Below are positions 59,485-64,000 of a stretch of 64,000 bases of DNA, one piece after another. The translations under genes and the position numbers were made by a program. The notes beneath the pieces are model-generated. The model ran no database searches and had not been told where the DNA came from. It worked only from the letters and a program-made list of their open reading frames with translations. Origin of the DNA: Vairimorpha necatrix (taxonomy: Eukaryota); contig CP142727.1 in the NCBI GenBank assembly GCA_036630325.1, positions 186,001-250,000 on the forward strand. The letters are read 5' to 3'. How positions within the stretch are numbered: the first letter of the stretch is position 1; each line of letters opens with the position of its first letter.

Positions 59485-60250
59485 GCAAAAAAGAGGTGGT
59501 AAGAAACCTAACATAGAGATCAGAGGGATTGTGTGCGATTCTTATCCAATGGGTACTGTGAGATTCTAACTCGCCAAAACCACCTCCATATAACTTGTCG
59601 GTGCAACAAGATTTTCCGAATTCATTGAATTTTGGCACTGGAAACCCTTTTCCATTATACCTTAAAACACGGTAAAGTCCCCTCCTAGCGAATATTCGAA
59701 TGGGAAAGGTTGTCTATGACCCGGGGAGAGACATCGACGTAGAAACTAAAGGTACCCACAATCGTCCGTATCGCTGCACGCCTCATTACACCGACACATT
59801 GCGTTCCGGCATAAATATTCGACTGCGTTGACTACTATTTTAGCACTAGTTTCCACCACCGTGTTACATAATCTACTATTAAAGATCCCTGAGACCTTTT
59901 TTGTTCTATTTCTTCATGTTTCTTAATTAGCTCTAGGATACAACTCTAGAGTGCACCAGCAATATCTCAACTAGGTCGTATCCAGCTATAATATTAGTAA
60001 AATATTAGTTTAACCACAAGAAAGATACTGTTTTGGCCTTAAGAAGCGCTTCTACACTAGATGCCAATCTCCTTGTGGCTATACATAAACAAGTTTCATT
60101 GAATCAACTTAATGATTTTGTGGACATTTTCTTCATCTGAGTTGTTCCAACTGCATTCTAGAAAGTAGAAGCATTTTTGCGCCCTTGGAATTTGAAACCA
60201 CCATTGCTCAATGAAAGAATCGCCTACGACCACTGGGTTAAAGGGTTCCT
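59485..60250 (-). mobile_element. unidentified decayed dispersed repeat, homologous to 33140-34620
   Basis: GC-richer island with blocks colinear to the 33-34 kb copy. Confidence 0.6.
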
Positions 60251-61585
60251 CTATTTTATTTATCAAGGACAGAGATATGATAAAAAAATCCCGAAGAAGA
60301 AGTGTCTGAACTGTAAATGCACTGGTTGAGAAGGTAATCGCTAAAGAGATAATGTGTGTATATGGAATTGTAGTAAAATTATGGAACTTCTAGGCATGGA
60401 TATGCACTGTATTTAAAATCTGTAAAGACCATGATCCTATAAGAGCCGCTAAAATACAAATGCGAAGAATTTGTTTTTGTAGAAAATATAAAAAAGTAAA
60501 TTTTAATTTAATAACTTAAGCATATTCTATTGAAACCTTTTCTATATAGCATTCAGATGTCAAAAATATCACAATAAATTGAAACACTTGACATAGGTTT
60601 TATGATCTAAATAATAGATGAACTTATGGTTTATTCTAAGAATACGTTTTTTAAATATTGTTATGATACTTTTTGCCACTTCTAAACAATTAAAGAAGAA
60701 CTAGTTGACATTTAACAATTTATTTAGAATTTGAAATTGTGATTTGTATCGTTAATTATACATCTAAATATGAAAAGGTCCTTACTTATACTATAAAATT
60801 CTATATTTTTTATATTACATTAAGTAAAACTAAATTTTTTTTTCAGTTTATTATCTAATACAATGCTATTTCTACCTTCATTTTGATCATCATATACATA
60901 AAAATCTTAATTTGATTATGACCATTTTTGGTGATATTGAAATCTAATAACAATGTGGTTAGTAATTTTTCATCAAAATTAATGAAAAATATGAACTTAA
61001 TGCTTCTTTTTATAATTGTAAGAAGTTATACTATATGTTAAAACTTTATCAATGTTATTTTAATAAAACTTAGTTTCAAAATATTGTCTTGGTTGTTTTT
61101 TAAATTTTATCTAACCCCTTCATAAAAAATTGTAAATACAAAAGAACAATCTAAAATATTAACAAAGTGTTACAAATTAAATTTATAAATATTTATGAAT
61201 TACATTATTAAGTTTTATATCCGTTTTAAATCATTTTACTTTATGTATATCTAAAAGCATGTTTTTTATTTAAAATCATAATTGCTCCTTTAGATTCTAC
61301 CTCCAAAACGGAAACCTAAAACTATTTAAGATGATACATAATATCAGGCTAATATATAAATCAATTTTTTATAAGAGGAGTATACGCTAGTACAAATAAA
61401 TGTTAACCACAATTTTTTGTAAAGCTAATCAATATAGACATAATGGGTATTTCTTTGAAAAAATATGTTTTCTCTTCAGATATTAACTTCTAAATTAAAA
61501 CTAATTAGCTTTTAAAAACCATATCATATACTATTAATCGTTTATACATATATTTTCGATATAAAAACCAATTACTAATTACCCC

Positions 61586-62653
61586 ATGTTTTTTTTGTTC
61601 TTTTATTCAATTACAATATTTTGTTCTGATTACATTTTTATTCATTCGATTAGTGATACAGGACTAAGTGTTTACGTATCTTTGAATAGTTTAGACAACG
61701 AAATACAATCATCATTATTAATTCATAAGCTAAGCAGATTAGACACTTTAAAAAGTTGGATGAATCGTTATATTTGGAAATGGTTCGATATAGAAATTAG
61801 TAATCCTCCATATTACTTTTACCCCGTAGATATTCCAGTATATCGCGAAGTCGCTGATTTACTTGAATCGGTTCGATTTAATAATAACGAAGAGTTGGAA
61901 TTGGCTAAATTATTTTTTAATAATAGATATATATTAAAAACAACATTTACTCCAGAAAAAGGCAAGCCATATTACATTGAAAGATTACAAGTTAAAAGAG
62001 GACCAGTGCAGTTTATTTTCGTAGGAAGTGACAATAGTATTTTTTATGATAATAAAAAAATAAAAAAAATTAAATGGGAAAATCGCAAGCTTGAACACAC
62101 TGCTGGAAAAGTTAAAGATAGATCAAAGATATATCAAATAGGCCTATTTAAACATGCTGATTTTTATCGCCCTAGGTACAAGAAATTGTTTTTTAAGCCA
62201 ACTAAAGAAGCTGTTTCTATTAAATCAATACACAATAAACCCCGTGAAAAAGAGTTGAACTATTCTTTATGCAAAAATAATGTGACTAAAACAAGAGAGA
62301 TTACACGGAAGAACGTAAAAAATCAAGAAGAAATAAAAAAACTGAATGTTAAAATTGTAAAAGAGAACAATTTTAAAAACAAAAAAAGTGTTGATTATCA
62401 CAATAATGAAACCAATGTTGAGACTGAATCAAAGACTACGTTTCTAAAACAATGTTTATATTCAACTGATGGCAATGAATTTAGTTCTAATAAAGAAATT
62501 AGCAATGAGGATATAAAAGACTCGAGTGACGATCAAAATAAATTAATTTCTGCACCGCCCAACGCCGGAGATCAAGATGGAAATAAGGCTTTAATCGTCT
62601 TGTTAATGATCTTAGGGATTGCCATATTTATTTTTTATCTGGCCTTTAAGTAA
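61586..62653 (+). CDS. surface-protein family member 4, 355 aa
   Basis: Signal peptide, family domain, N/K-rich stalk, C-terminal TM ...IFIFYLAFK; CCCC-ATG; TAATAAA at the stop. Confidence 0.9.
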   Translation: MFFLFFYSITIFCSDYIFIHSISDTGLSVYVSLNSLDNEIQSSLLIHKLSRLDTLKSWMNRYIWKWFDIEISNPPYYFYPVDIPVYREVADLLESVRFNNNEELELAKLFFNNRYILKTTFTPEKGKPYYIERLQVKRGPVQFIFVGSDNSIFYDNKKIKKIKWENRKLEHTAGKVKDRSKIYQIGLFKHADFYRPRYKKLFFKPTKEAVSIKSIHNKPREKELNYSLCKNNVTKTREITRKNVKNQEEIKKLNVKIVKENNFKNKKSVDYHNNETNVETESKTTFLKQCLYSTDGNEFSSNKEISNEDIKDSSDDQNKLISAPPNAGDQDGNKALIVLLMILGIAIFIFYLAFK

Positions 62654-63609
62654 TAAACATTTTTTTATATTTTATCGAATTTACAGCTTTAAAGCTCTAA
62701 GATGTTCTTTTTAAATGTCTATATATTCTTTCGATTTTTTGCATATTTTTTCACGTTCTAATATTTGGAATGGAACTAGTGACTAACAGTAAAAGTTTGA
62801 AAAATTTAGAATCAAAAACATCATAAAATAGGAATTGGCACATTTTTTAAAAAATCATATGTTCTTTTTTTTTTGTAATATTTATAATGATCATTAACCG
62901 CTTTAAAAAAGTACAATAAGAATTATCCATATAAATGTGTAAAATTACTTAGATAATATCTATCAATTTTTATTCTTTAGGCATCTATATTGTATTTTTT
63001 GATTTAAATATTATCATGTATGAGTAAAAATGCATTATAATTCCATACTCAATGGCGTGTTGATCATATTTTGTGAGGAACGAAAAACAGTGCTCGAAGT
63101 ATTTTTTAAATGACATATAGGCCTAATAAACAAGAAAAGGTAAAGTACAAGGAGTATTTTGATTATAATATTCCTGGAAACTTTAAAACAAAATTATAGC
63201 AAGCAAGAGCGAAGCCGAAATCTAGGGAGCACTTGGCCAGCCTTAATGATTAAGATGTAACTATACAATAATACCTTTGTAAATTTTTTTTGAGCTATTT
63301 TTATAAATGTTCAATAATACTTTCAGTTTTAATCTTTGAATTTGAAAATAAAAAAATATACAACACCTATAACTTTTCTAAGTGCAATTATAACGCATTA
63401 ATATGAAATTTTTTAATATTAAATAGTTTGGTTTATAGAAAAATATTAAAAAATCAAAACTATAGAATCAAAATATTATTATGTTATAAATAATTATAGT
63501 AAAATATTTTTTTTTTGCAATCCGTATATTTTTATCGAACGATAATAATTATATATAAGATTCTATTATGGTTTGTAAGTAAATATCATAGAAAGTAGAA
63601 CATAAACGT

Positions 63610-63870
63610 GCTAATCCAGCCCTCTCTCATAGCAGACACCAGGTTGATTTGCTGAAGAAACTTGTTTGAATTTCTTTATAAGGCGATAAATATACGGACA
63701 GAAACTGTTTAAGAGGAAACGGCTAGAGCTATAAGTGCACTAGCTGAGAGAGAATTTCTTAAGAAAAGATAACTGTATTATAATGGATTTGCGACGTTGC
63801 ATAAGATCATCTTAGATAGTAAGGTTAAAAACTTCGGCGAGCTTAATTCCATGGCAGAATACAGGAAGCA
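63610..63870 (+). mobile_element. REL non-LTR 3' relic
   Basis: GCTAGAGCTATAAGTGCACTAGC similar to 46596-46618; boundaries approximate. Confidence 0.5.
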
Positions 63871-64000
63871 TTTACCAATTACAACAAAAAAATCATGTAA
63901 ATCGTTTAGAACAAATTTATTTATCTACAAGAAATGTGTGATTTTACACGATTCAATAAATAAATTTTATATTATTTCTAAGTCTATAAGGGTTTTTTTT

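Noticed and set aside
59670..59730. AAAGTCCCC resembling RNase MRP CR-I
   Set aside because: No matching GGGGCTYAC CR-V downstream; lies inside a dispersed repeat

Overview
AT-rich eukaryotic DNA, most likely from a microsporidian (Nosema/Vairimorpha-like). This is inferred from the intronless, divergent, compact genes, the CCC motif just before most ATGs, and AATAAA overlapping stop codons. The left half (5-27 kb) carries housekeeping genes: delta-COP, RPB6, V-ATPase e, a UTP18-like protein, a degenerate ABCG, RPL26, RNA15, an amino-acid transporter, a frameshifted PDI-like gene and a CUE/Smr protein. The right half is gene-poor and TE-rich, with a paralog pair and a 4-member family of signal-peptide + TM surface proteins. 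The mobilome is unusually well resolved. There are two intact, ultra-compact single-ORF Ty3/Gypsy elements (LTRs of 103/109 bp and 57 bp) whose start codon lies in the LTR or at the LTR/PBS junction. Two copies of a ~750-bp non-coding, hairpin-rich, TRIM-like LTR element share the PBS of the second Gypsy; one copy cuts the membrane anchor off a surface-protein gene. Also present are several 5'-truncated REL-endonuclease non-LTR retrotransposons with TSDs, two Merlin-like DNA transposons, and a Tc1/IS630-like element whose TIRs are built from 22-bp tandem repeats. Several candidate structured ncRNAs, a 25-aa micro-ORF and shared upstream motifs are flagged. All calls were made by eye; no searches were run.
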